The translations under genes and the position numbers were made by a program. Below are positions 27,289 through 37,800 of a DNA stretch of 48,701 nucleotides, one piece after another (the first letter of the stretch is position 1; each line of letters starts with the position of its first letter). The stretch lies in contig JAKSJJ010000001.1 of assembly GCA_024398335.1 (NCBI GenBank), forward strand, positions 1-48,701, written 5' to 3'. This DNA comes from Bacteroidales bacterium (GTDB lineage Bacteria > Bacteroidota > Bacteroidia > Bacteroidales > UBA932). The notes below the pieces were generated by a model. That model saw only the letters and a program-made list of their open reading frames with translations, searched no databases and was not told the origin of the DNA.

Positions 27289-28557
27289 TTAGCGCTTTTT
27301 CATGTAAGTCAGATAAGGAATCTGGCTGTTGCCCCATCCGGTGAACTGACCCGTGCTCTTGCCATTAGCGTCAGTACCCCAAAGGATCCAAGAATCAACA
27401 GGAGAATCAAATACACCGTTGTCCTCGAACTCGAAGCGTCCGGCAGACTCAACCCAGTGGATGGTGACTCCCGTGTCGGTATCCCAAGTAAGGCTTCCGC
27501 CTCCTGAGAGTGACCAAGCGGCGAGATAGACAGTTGTAGAACCGTCAACTCCGACAACCTGAGTATTCCAACGCAGACGACCAAGGCCCTTGTCGTATGT
27601 AAGGTTGACTGTGAAGTTAGGGTTCAAACCGCTCATGACGTAACCAGAGCCGTCCTCGGTTGGAGTAAGGGTGACATTGAATGTCCTTGTACCATTATAG
27701 TAACCGAACTCGAAATCACCTGCGAACTCTGAATAAGGAACATAATCATCTGGAAGTTTACCCTTGAGGGTGAAAACGCCATTGGTGAGGAGGTTGTTAT
27801 TAGCAACGTACCAGAGGTAATCGATAGTGCATCCGTCAACTACGAGAGGATAATAAAGTCTCATACCGTCGTTTGTGAAAACGAAAGGAGCCTCAGTATA
27901 ATCGTCCTCACCGCTTCCGTAAACGATAGTGATCCATCTGTTGTTAACGTCAACTGAACCAGTAACCTCTGTCTCACCGATCTTACCCTCGAAAGAAGGA
28001 GCGCAGAAATTCTCGGCGTTCTCAGCGACTGCGGCTACATACTCCAGAGGAGTCATCTCGCTGTCGAAAGGACGGAGGATATACTTTGTAGCGGATCTCT
28101 TACCGAGGAGTTCAATCTTCTCCTTGCTGTAGCTGAGAATCATGTACTCAAAGTCACTGTGCATAGCCTCATAGCTTGTTGATGAAGGCGTAGCGAAATA
28201 GTGAAGCACAGGGTTGTTAGTATCGAAAGAGAGAACCGGACCGTTATCGTATGTGAACTTATAAAGGCTGGTGTACTCCTGCTCAGGGTCAAGCTCTGAT
28301 GCGGCTACGACCTGATCCACGCCCTGGAATTTGAGGACGTATGAGTATCCGCCGTATTGAGCGCTGTTACCTGCATAGTAATCAAGGAACCAAGTCTTGT
28401 TACCGTCAAGGAGAATATCTTTGACTTCCTGGATATACTCCTGCATACGAGCAGATGATGAAGTCTCGAAAACGTCCTTCTCCTCCTTGAGGCAGGACTG
28501 AGCCGGAAGCAGCATAGCAGCCGCCGCCAGGGTCATAATTATCTGTCTTGTCTTCAT
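27289..28557 (-). CDS. DUF4302 lipoprotein
   Basis: SC..EE..VFE.SSS.R, W.LDYY, YGGY, GPVLSFDT.N..LHYFA.P, DFEY motifs. Confidence 0.85.
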   Translation of the reverse strand: MKTRQIIMTLAAAAMLLPAQSCLKEEKDVFETSSSARMQEYIQEVKDILLDGNKTWFLDYYAGNSAQYGGYSYVLKFQGVDQVVAASELDPEQEYTSLYKFTYDNGPVLSFDTNNPVLHYFATPSSTSYEAMHSDFEYMILSYSKEKIELLGKRSATKYILRPFDSEMTPLEYVAAVAENAENFCAPSFEGKIGETEVTGSVDVNNRWITIVYGSGEDDYTEAPFVFTNDGMRLYYPLVVDGCTIDYLWYVANNNLLTNGVFTLKGKLPDDYVPYSEFAGDFEFGYYNGTRTFNVTLTPTEDGSGYVMSGLNPNFTVNLTYDKGLGRLRWNTQVVGVDGSTTVYLAAWSLSGGGSLTWDTDTGVTIHWVESAGRFEFEDNGVFDSPVDSWILWGTDANGKSTGQFTGWGNSQIPYLTYMKKR

Positions 28558-28568
28558 ATCTTCAATCG

Positions 28569-29477
28569 TTATTTAAGAGTGATATCTGTAAGGTCAACCT
28601 TGCCTGAGACGACGTCATCCTGACGACGGAGGATAGTCTTACGGAGCTGATCCAGGTCGATGCCCCAGCTTTCCTGCATGTAAAGACGTACTACGTCGAG
28701 CTTAGCGGAGATAAGAGCGGCGGCGTCTGCGCCTGCAGCCTCAAGCTGAGCATCCCAGTATGCCTGGTCGTGAGTAGCATAGATAGAAACCATCTCCGCG
28801 AAATCCTCACCGTCAGAGTGCTGGGCATAGTCGCTGATGAAACCGTTCTGGAGATACTCCTTGTTGAACGGCGCCTCGCTCCAAGAGTCTGCTACATAGC
28901 CTGAACCGGTGATCATCTTGAAATCTACAGGATAATCCTTAGTCTGGTTGAGGATATGGGTGAACTCATGGTGAATGGTCTTGATGTAATAGTGGTTGAG
29001 CGACTCAGCTCCCTCGGCGAGTACCTCTGGAAGGTAGTTCACACCAGAGAGGAGGATCTTCTTACCACCCTCAGCGGTACCGAGGATATAAGTTCCGTTG
29101 TTACGATACTCCCACTCTCCGATAAGGAAGAACATCTTAGGGAAGTAACCGCGGGTGAACTCGATGCCCGCTACCTCGTCGTAAGTATCAACGCAAAGAT
29201 ACTTAACAAGGTGAGCCATGATGACTGAGCTCTCATAATCCGCAGGGATAGTGAAGTAGTTCAAGTCGGACTCGTTCATCTCGAAACGATACTTGAACGC
29301 GATGTTGTAAGGGCCGACATAGTTGACGTCGAGCCACTTGTCGAAATCGTTCTGCTCGTATTTATCAACGCTGATGACGCTGACAGGGTCGAGTTTCTCC
29401 TTCCTGCAGGAAGCAAGGCAGAGAGCGACCATGGCGACAAGCGCTGTTGTTATAATATATCTTTTCATATTCTTCAT
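28569..29477 (-). CDS. Putative zinc-binding metallopeptidase lipoprotein (Peptidase_Mx1-like)
   Basis: Lipobox ASC, LGTAEGG, HHEFTHILNQ (HExxH), GFISDYA...EDFAE. Confidence 0.88.
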   Translation of the reverse strand: MKNMKRYIITTALVAMVALCLASCRKEKLDPVSVISVDKYEQNDFDKWLDVNYVGPYNIAFKYRFEMNESDLNYFTIPADYESSVIMAHLVKYLCVDTYDEVAGIEFTRGYFPKMFFLIGEWEYRNNGTYILGTAEGGKKILLSGVNYLPEVLAEGAESLNHYYIKTIHHEFTHILNQTKDYPVDFKMITGSGYVADSWSEAPFNKEYLQNGFISDYAQHSDGEDFAEMVSIYATHDQAYWDAQLEAAGADAAALISAKLDVVRLYMQESWGIDLDQLRKTILRRQDDVVSGKVDLTDITLK

Positions 29478-29494
29478 TCTTTTAGCAGTTACGA

Positions 29495-31090
29495 CTATCT
29501 AGGGTTCCTTGGATAACCGGCGTCAGTTACCTTATATGGAATCTGAGCAGCCCTTCTCTCGTCACGTACGACGAGTTTATCCTTAAGTGACATAGGCATA
29601 CCGGCAGCTGAGATGACGCGGCGCTCGATCTCGATACCGTAACGCTTGACATCGAAGAGTCTCTGGCCAAGACCGAGGGTCTCGACACGCTTGAGAAGCA
29701 GACAGAACTGGAGAAGACACTCCTGGTCGCTTCCTTCAGAGTCGATGGCGAAGTCAGGGTTGAGGTGCTTCTTGACAGTTGAAGCCTCCCAAGTAGAGTA
29801 CTCGATTCCCTTCATCTTCTCGACGATGCTCTCGACAGTGAGGTCATTGTTGCGCTTAGAGATATTGTTGACCCAGGTCTTCATATCCTCTACGGCACCC
29901 TCGAAATCCTTTGTGAGGATCTTCGCCTCAGCCCTCTCAAGGAGAGTGACGTCAGTGCAGAGAGCAGGATATACAGTACGGTAGTAACCGATCTGAGCTA
30001 CAGGGTCAGTGTACTCGAACAGATAAGGGATTCTCCAGAAGATGACCTTATCAAGGTTGGTAGCGCTATAGACCTTCATTGGCTGATGGTAGAAACCTGA
30101 GTTGTTTGAGCCGAGCAAAGTCGCGAGAGCGATAGCAGTCTCATTGTTAGCGAGGTAATTACCATGTGAGTACCTTGAATATACAGCGTAAGGACCGAAG
30201 CAAAGACCCATCTTAGAGTAAGCGGTCATAAGAAGGAGGTTGCTTGAGAGGGTGGCGTCGATATAATGGTTACCGATCACATCATAGTCCTGTGTCATTG
30301 AAGCCATGTACTTCCAGTCACGAAGAACTGCTCCAGGAGTAGTTCCGAGGCAAAGGTCAGCGCACGCGATAGCCTTGTCATACTTCTCGTAATAAAGGTA
30401 GAACTTAGTCGCGAAAGCGTAAGCTGCCTTTTTGTTGAAGTGGTATTTAGGCACGGTGTAGTAAGAATCGCTGATCCAAGGAAGAGCCTTCTCAAGGTCT
30501 TTATCGATGAAATCATAAACCTCAGCGACAGTATTTCTGCTGTACTTAGGGTTAAGACCCTGCTCAGGCTGAAGCATATAGGTTACACCGAGATCCTTAG
30601 CTGAATACTTGGTTGAGTATGAGTGAGCGAAGACATTGGTGATAATGAAGTGGCTGTAAGCTCTACAGATAAGAGCCTCAGCATACTCAGCCTCCATACC
30701 GGCAGCCTCAGGACCACCTAAGTTATCGATAGCCTCGATAGCCTGGTTAGCGGCGGCGATTGCCATGTATGAGCTTCCCCAGAGGTTCTCAGGGTCCTCA
30801 TTGTCAGTCTCAGTCACATCTGCCCAAGAGAATACCTGGTCGATGAAACGGTCAGTATTAGGGTTGTTCTCACCGTAGTCGTCCACGTTATCAGACATGA
30901 ACTCGGTGATGAGCATATAGTCAGTCTCCGGATAAGCCGAAGTAAGGAACTTACGGATCTTCTCCTGGGAGTTGAGCTCAGTACGGTTATCTGGCATCAC
31001 ATCAAGGAACTTGTCGCATGAAGAGGCCACGATTGCCAGAGCGGCGAATACGTATATGAATTTATGCATTTTCATTTCTTTTCCCTCCAT
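29495..31090 (-). CDS. SusD/RagB family lipoprotein (locus B)
   Basis: SCDKFLDVMPDNR, Y.AIAAANQA, AEALICRAYSHF, LERAEA, R.FDVKRYG. True start may be one of the next Met codons. Confidence 0.93.
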   Translation of the reverse strand: MEGKEMKMHKFIYVFAALAIVASSCDKFLDVMPDNRTELNSQEKIRKFLTSAYPETDYMLITEFMSDNVDDYGENNPNTDRFIDQVFSWADVTETDNEDPENLWGSSYMAIAAANQAIEAIDNLGGPEAAGMEAEYAEALICRAYSHFIITNVFAHSYSTKYSAKDLGVTYMLQPEQGLNPKYSRNTVAEVYDFIDKDLEKALPWISDSYYTVPKYHFNKKAAYAFATKFYLYYEKYDKAIACADLCLGTTPGAVLRDWKYMASMTQDYDVIGNHYIDATLSSNLLLMTAYSKMGLCFGPYAVYSRYSHGNYLANNETAIALATLLGSNNSGFYHQPMKVYSATNLDKVIFWRIPYLFEYTDPVAQIGYYRTVYPALCTDVTLLERAEAKILTKDFEGAVEDMKTWVNNISKRNNDLTVESIVEKMKGIEYSTWEASTVKKHLNPDFAIDSEGSDQECLLQFCLLLKRVETLGLGQRLFDVKRYGIEIERRVISAAGMPMSLKDKLVVRDERRAAQIPYKVTDAGYPRNPR

Positions 31091-31093
31091 TGA

Positions 31094-34000
31094 TTAAAGT
31101 CCGATCTTAAGTGTGAAAGTAAACTGCTTTGGAAGAGGAACAGCCACACCACCAGTGTTGAAGAACTCAGGGTCCTGTCCGTTAAGCTTCTTGTCAGCGT
31201 AGAGCAGGCAGAGGTTAGTCGCCTGGAGCTTGAGGCTGAGGTTGTTGAGCTTGATTCTCTCCATCCACTTCTTAGGGAAGTCGTATGAGAGGGACACCTC
31301 TTTGAGTCTTACGAAATCACCCTTAGCGATACGCTCAGTTGAGTAGTTGTATGCGTTGTAAGCATAGCTGAGCTGAGTGTCCTGCTTGTTCTGCCAACGG
31401 CTGGCGATGACAGGGATGTTGGTGTACTTCTCGTCTCCAGGAACAGTCCAGCGGTTGCGGAACTCTCTTGGCATAGAGTCAAGGTCGTTGTAGCTTGAGC
31501 GGAATACAGGATCCAGACGGATGACGTTACCCGCGGAGTAAGTGATGAACACATTGAGACGGAATCCCTTGAACTCGAAGATGTTACCGATAGAACCGAG
31601 GTCGGTAGGATCAGCGTTTCCTGAGTACTCGAGGAACTTGAGTTTCTCTGGGTCAGACTCCTGGAAGTAGATGCCGGTAACAGACTCGTCACCTTCCTGA
31701 TCCTTGAATACTGGAAGACCCTCTGAGTTAAGTCCTACGAAAGGAATAGAGAAGATACCACGTACAGGATAACCCTCCTGGGCGAAACCGCTACCAGTGA
31801 TGAGGTCGATCATACGGGTGGTAGTCTTCAGGTTAGTGATCTTATTCTCAGCGTGTGAGTAGATGAAGCTTGTTGTCCACTTGAAGTTCTCTCTCTTGAT
31901 GTTGACAGTAGTCAAAGAGAGCTCGACTCCCTTAGAAAGCATACAAGCGATGTTACCCATCTTAGATACCTGACCACCGATACCCTGAGTGTTGATGACA
32001 CCGATAAGGTCATAGTTGCTACGGCCGTAAACATCACCGGTGATATTGATGCGGTTGTCGAACAAACCGAGTTCACCGCCGAAGTTAAGCTCTTTCTTCT
32101 TCTCGTATGTGAGATCTGTGTTTGCGAGGTCAGCGATGTAAAGCATGGTCTCACGAACGTTAGTAGAAGGTCTCCATGGAGTAGTTGAAGAGATGACGAC
32201 AGCTGAGTTGGTGACGCTTGAAGGACCGCTATCAGCGGTAAGAGAGTAAGATGCCTTGACGCTCAAGTGAGAGATATAATGAGAGATGTTCTTCATGAAG
32301 TTCTCCTCATGTACGTTCCATGCGGCTGATACGTTCCAAGTAGGAAGCCAGCGTGCTGAACGGCTCTTACCGAGTTTGTTGGTACCCTCATAACGGATAG
32401 TTCCGTTGACAACGTAACGACCATCGTATGAATATGTACCGTTAGCGAAGAAAGCGGCTGAACGGATACGGGTATTCATCATGCTGTAGTAGTTACTGTT
32501 CTCCTCAGAACCTCTCTTGAATACGTGGTAGTCGTAGTTAGGAGTCTCACCCATTCCGTACTGGAGGCCCCATGCGCGGCTCCAAGTAGCGTGACGCTCT
32601 GAGCTTGTGATCTCAGTACCGGCGTACAGGCTGAGGATGTGCTTACCCTTGAAAGTGTTGTTGTAACTTGCGGAAGCACGGAAATCGAAACCGTTAAGGG
32701 TGTTGTCCTGACGCTCGTAGATACCGCCCTCCGGAAGGACTGACATAGGAAGAGCATATGGGTTGTCAGGATCTGAGTACAGATAAGGGTTGGCGCTGCG
32801 GATGGTAGAAGTGCTCATCTCGCGGTAAGCCAAAGCCTGGTTAGACTCGTCAAGGATGTAGTGCTCCTGTGAGGAAGCGGTGTACTTGGCTGCGCCCAAT
32901 ACGCTGAACTCCAAAGACTTGATAGGGTTGAACTTGAGCTCGCCCTGTACACGGAAGTCCATCACATTGAGGTCGATATAGTTGTTATCGAGCTCATGCA
33001 TGATGTTGAACTTAGCGTAGTTACGAGTGTAGAACACGTCTGGGTCAAGAGCACGTGAGGTGTTCAACGCGTAAGAATAAGGGTTGATATCGAAATCACG
33101 CTTAACCTCTCCGGAAACGACGTCAGTAGTCTGACCGAGTGTTCCAGGAGCTCTCTGGTTACGATAAGAAGCGTTGCTGATAACGTTGAAAGTCAACTTC
33201 TCGAGGAATCTGTAAGAAGCGTTCAAGTTAGCGGTGTAACGCCTAACCTTACTCTGCTGAGTCCAACCTGGATCGTCCATGATAGAGACTGAAGCATAGT
33301 AAGAACCCTTGTCATTACCACCTGAGATGCTCAACGAGTGAGTGTGCTGAGGGCTCAGAGAGAACAGACGGTCGAACCAGTCGGTGTTACGGTACTCAGC
33401 TGCACGCAGGTAAGCGGCCTTAGCCTCAGCGGTGTTAGCGAGACCGAACTGTCCGGTAGTAGCGTTGTACTGACCGATGAGCTGGTACATCTTTCCGTAG
33501 ATACCGCTTGATGAAGCGTTAGCGGTAGCCGCGTAATTGAGGTAACCCTTCTGCTCGAGTTCCTGATAGATTTCCATCTGGTCCTGAGAGTTCATGATAT
33601 TGAAGGTGTTGTAGCTAGGCTTCAACCTCATTGTGAACTCACCTGTGTAGTTGACTCTTGTCGCACCTGCTCTACCCTTCTTTGTAGTGACGACGATGAC
33701 ACCGGCCATCGCGCGTGCGCCATAAATAGAGGTAGCGGAACCGTCCTTGAGGATATCGAAGCTCTCGATATCGTCAGAGTTCAAGCCCGCGATAGCGGAT
33801 GAGATAAGGGTGTTGGCGTCTCCGGAAGAAAGCTGGTCGGCGCTGACGTCGACGACATCTTCCATAATGACTCCATCCACAACCCACAGAGGTTTAGATG
33901 ATCCGTAGATTGACGTAGCACCACGGACACGAATTTTAGGAGCGGTACCGAAAGTACCTGAGACGTTCTGGACTGACACTCCCGCTGCTCTACCTTCGAG

Positions 34001-34426
34001 GGAACGGCTGATATCAGCCATACCGGCGATCTGAGTAGACGCGGCGTCGACCTTCGTTGTTGAACCCGTGAAGAGTCGGCGGTCCATCTTCTGCATACCC
34101 GTGACGACTGCCTGCTCGAGAACCTCGGTGTCCGGTTTAAGGACAACCTTGACCTCTGGCTTGACAGCGACTTCCTGATCGGTATAACCGAGGCAGGAAA
34201 CCACGAGCGTAGTCGCACTGGAAGGGACGGTCATAGTGAAGTTACCATCAAGATCCGTAATGACACCATTTTTTGTACCTTTGACGAAAATTGAGGCACC
34301 TATCACCGGCAGTCCGTCCTCTTCGGCGATGACGTTACCTTTGACAACCGTCTGGGCGAAACCCGTAAAGGTTGAAAGCAACATCGCCATCGCGATAAAA
34401 ACTAAACTGGCCTTACGCATAGGCAT
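31094..34426 (-). CDS. SusC/RagA TonB-dependent transporter (locus B)
   Basis: VVTG, PLWVVDG, ILKDGSATSIYGARAMAGVIVVTTK, QDPEFF. Start 34426 or 34420 gives a clean signal peptide, unlike the track start at 34492. Confidence 0.95.
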   Translation of the reverse strand: MPMRKASLVFIAMAMLLSTFTGFAQTVVKGNVIAEEDGLPVIGASIFVKGTKNGVITDLDGNFTMTVPSSATTLVVSCLGYTDQEVAVKPEVKVVLKPDTEVLEQAVVTGMQKMDRRLFTGSTTKVDAASTQIAGMADISRSLEGRAAGVSVQNVSGTFGTAPKIRVRGATSIYGSSKPLWVVDGVIMEDVVDVSADQLSSGDANTLISSAIAGLNSDDIESFDILKDGSATSIYGARAMAGVIVVTTKKGRAGATRVNYTGEFTMRLKPSYNTFNIMNSQDQMEIYQELEQKGYLNYAATANASSSGIYGKMYQLIGQYNATTGQFGLANTAEAKAAYLRAAEYRNTDWFDRLFSLSPQHTHSLSISGGNDKGSYYASVSIMDDPGWTQQSKVRRYTANLNASYRFLEKLTFNVISNASYRNQRAPGTLGQTTDVVSGEVKRDFDINPYSYALNTSRALDPDVFYTRNYAKFNIMHELDNNYIDLNVMDFRVQGELKFNPIKSLEFSVLGAAKYTASSQEHYILDESNQALAYREMSTSTIRSANPYLYSDPDNPYALPMSVLPEGGIYERQDNTLNGFDFRASASYNNTFKGKHILSLYAGTEITSSERHATWSRAWGLQYGMGETPNYDYHVFKRGSEENSNYYSMMNTRIRSAAFFANGTYSYDGRYVVNGTIRYEGTNKLGKSRSARWLPTWNVSAAWNVHEENFMKNISHYISHLSVKASYSLTADSGPSSVTNSAVVISSTTPWRPSTNVRETMLYIADLANTDLTYEKKKELNFGGELGLFDNRINITGDVYGRSNYDLIGVINTQGIGGQVSKMGNIACMLSKGVELSLTTVNIKRENFKWTTSFIYSHAENKITNLKTTTRMIDLITGSGFAQEGYPVRGIFSIPFVGLNSEGLPVFKDQEGDESVTGIYFQESDPEKLKFLEYSGNADPTDLGSIGNIFEFKGFRLNVFITYSAGNVIRLDPVFRSSYNDLDSMPREFRNRWTVPGDEKYTNIPVIASRWQNKQDTQLSYAYNAYNYSTERIAKGDFVRLKEVSLSYDFPKKWMERIKLNNLSLKLQATNLCLLYADKKLNGQDPEFFNTGGVAVPLPKQFTFTLKIGL

Positions 34427-34800
34427 TGAAATTAATGTTGATAATATGTTATGTAATTGATTCAATTCGCGTATATGCTTACAATATGACACATAAAGGT
34501 CGCAATTTAAAACTTTCTACAGAAAAAATAAAAACCCATATATCCTATTCAAGGAACGAATGACCAAAAATACGGAATGAAAATTCAAGGATAAAGACTA
34601 AAAAGGGAAATTCCGTGAATTTGCCATACAAAAAATGCCATTTAAAGTACGTCAAATGGCACTTTTATCTAAACTAATTACAATTCATAATCAATTATAT
34701 TTATTTGGGTTACTATTTGTTACTTTCACGCAATAAAAAACACAAATAAACACTTTTTAGCCCACATGTCTTAACAATAGCAAATTACAATTTCAAACAT

Positions 34801-34836
34801 AAAAAATACCGCCGGAGCGACATGCTTCGGCGGTAT
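34801..34836 (-). terminator. Intrinsic terminator ending locus C
   Basis: Minus strand ATACCGCCGAAGC-ATGTC-GCTCCGGCGGTAT-TTTTT, 44 nt after the stop at 34881. Confidence 0.85.
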
Positions 34837-34880
34837 CTTATGATATGAAACAAGCGCGGGGAAAAGCCCGCGGCTGTCAA

Positions 34881-37800
34881 TTATTCTGCGTTGTAACCGT
34901 TGCCCTCAAGAGTAACGTCAACAGTAGTCAAAGTTCCCTTGAACATCCAGTCAGCGATATTATCAGCGGAGATGGTCATTTCACCATCAGCGGTGACTAC
35001 CGTTCCGGCGACCTTACAGTTCTTCACGGTAAAGCCGGCGGCGTTAGGACGAGCGGCGATCATACCGACAGACTTGAAGGTCGTATATCCCTTGATAGCG
35101 GCGTTCTTGGTGGTCTTACATCCGTCGATTACGACAGAAGCGCTACCGTTGTTACCATAAATACCGCCAAGGTAGAGGTTACCTCCGTCGACAGCGTTGA
35201 TTGTACCGTTGAATACGCAGTTGGACACTGTTCCGATAGCTCCGGCCTCTGAGAATCCTGGACCTACGCCGCCGATAAGACGGTCAACGGCCTCTGTAGA
35301 AGTGATGTTGACAGTTCCGGCGAACTCATTGCCGCTTACATCGTAAGCATTTGAGACACCGCAAGAGCCGAACATTCCGCCACCACGAGTCTTAGGGGCC
35401 TTGATAATGTTCAGATTACCGGTGAAACGGCAATTCTTGAGCGTGAAGGTGGCGAAAGGATTCTTTGAAGCTCCCATCTTACCTACGATACCGCCTACAT
35501 AATCCCAGTTCGCGCCAGTGTGGTTGATGTCGATGTCGCTTGTGCAGACGAGCTCCTCCATCACGAGGGTAGGAGTAGCGGCGTCAGTGATACCATAAGC
35601 TACGACACCACCGAGGATGAGCTGAGAGTCGTTTGTAACGACGAGTTTACCGTTGTTGGTACACTTCTTCACAGAAGCGCCGTCTCCGGCAAACGTAGCG
35701 ACGACACCTGCGACATAGTTATAAACACTACCGCATCCTGTAGCGGCGTCAGTGATGACGGCGTTATTTACGCAGTTGTAAATAGAACCGCCGGCCTGGA
35801 TGCGGGCTACGATACCTGCGACAGCGCCTTCACCGGCGAATGTTGTCTTCACGCTTCCCGCGACAGTGAGGTTCTGGACCTTACCGGTAAGGATCTGGAT
35901 AAGAGCGTAGTTAGCGTACTCGCCTGACTCAGCCTTGAGGGTGATGGTATGGCCCTTTCCGTCAAGGGTTCCGGCGAATGAAGAGGCAGGGATAAGAGTC
36001 TCGGCGCTATAGTCAACGTCAGCCTCGAGAGTATAGACATCAGACTCGGCAGCGTCAGGAGCGAGGGCGAGGAAGGCCTTCAGGTCTGCGGCGGAGGTAA
36101 TCTTGTTACCTGCGAGTCCATCAACCTTGCCTGCCTGGCTTACAGCGACCTCAGCCTTGATAGTAGCGTCGTTCTTGCTTGTGAAGGTGACAGTAGCTGT
36201 ACGCTCAGTCTTAGCCTCGTTAGCGGCGGCTGTCAAAGTCACGGTAGCGTTCTCATTTCCTGAGGCGACTGAAAGGGTAAGCCATTCAGCTGAGCTGACA
36301 GCTGTCCACTCACAGTTAGAATTGACGTTAACGTCAGAGCTTGCGCCAGCGGCGACGAAGGTGACAGTCATAGGATTAGCTGCGACAAAGTCCTTAGGGC
36401 CGCTTCCGCCTGGGAAGAAGCATGATACAGGAGAACCCTTGCCGGCGCCCTGGATATAGCTGTTGAAGTTGCTCTCAGTAAGAACTGTTCCGTTTACAGA
36501 ACCGCCTACAGAGCAGCTGGTGATAGCCGCGTCGCAAGTACCGGCGATTGAACCGGCGACAAGACCCTTGACAGCGCCTGTGTTAGCGTTATTCTTGATA
36601 GAAGAGGTAGCGACTGAAGAGTTACCGACAATTCCACCTGCGGCTCCGGCGAGAGCAGAAAGGGTGACATCAGCGCTGTTCTCATTATCCTCAAGGACTG
36701 TAGATAAAGTCTTATCCCAACCACAGATACCGCCGACATAAGAATTAGCTCCGCCGACGTTAGTCATGCTGAGACTACCCTTGTTGACGTTACCTGTAAT
36801 CTGGGTCACAGAGCAAGTGATACCGATGATACCGCCCGCGCAAGTCTGGTTAGCGTGAGTAGTGGCGTTATCGATAGTGACGACGATCTGGCCGTTATTG
36901 ACGTTATCCTTGAAGATTCCTTCTGTGCCTGCGGCGCATTTTTCCTCGAAACCTACGATACCGCCCACTGACTGCCAGTTAGCGTTTGTCGGCTGAGCGA
37001 GAGTAAGGCCAGCCTCGTTGCGGCAAGAAGCGACTGTTCCACCGCTGTTGGCTGTACCTACGATACCACCCATACGGTTAACCTGGTCGATACATGATGA
37101 GATGGCGCCCTTGTTGACGCAACCGGTGATCTCAGAAGCCTTGTACTCAGCGCCGATGATACCCGCGATATGCAGATATGAACCTGGCTTCTCTGAGCAA
37201 GTGTAGCTTACAGCACCCTCATTAGTACAATCTCTTACGATGACCTTATCGTTAGCACGACCTACGACACCACCCATAGCGAACTCCTTCTGAGTCTTTG
37301 AAGCCTGGATGACGTCAGCATGGTTGACGCAACCGACTACCTCGGCGCCAGCGTTAGGGTTCAATCCGAGCACACCTCCGATAGAGCCGCGGTAATTGAG
37401 AGTACCTGTGAAGACAACCTGACCATAGTTGTGGCAGTTCACAAGTCGCGCGTCAGGGTTACCTATCATACCGGCGATACCACCGATACCTGTATCTGAG
37501 CTGGCTGGAGAAGAAGCGTTGAAATCAACGGTAGCGTAGTTAGAGACGTTCTCCATGACACCGCTGTTGACAGCGACCACTCCGGCAGCGTTAGCCTCAG
37601 CGCCTGAAGCGAAGGTGAACTTGGTCACCTTGTCATAAGTAGAGCCGTCCTTTGTACCCACCTTGAGGTTTTTGATAGTACCGGCGTTCTCAACGATGAT
37701 ACCAGAGCCTGCGAGAGCGGAGTTAACTACAAAATTGTAAATGCTGTGGTTATTTCCCTCAAGGACACCGGCGAATCTGGCGGCAGGAGTGATCTCCGCT

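Noticed and set aside
34856-34871. Small hairpin GCGGG-GAAAAG-CCCGC after the 34881 stop
   Set aside because: Only a 5-bp stem without a U tract, and a much better terminator lies 20 nt further downstream.
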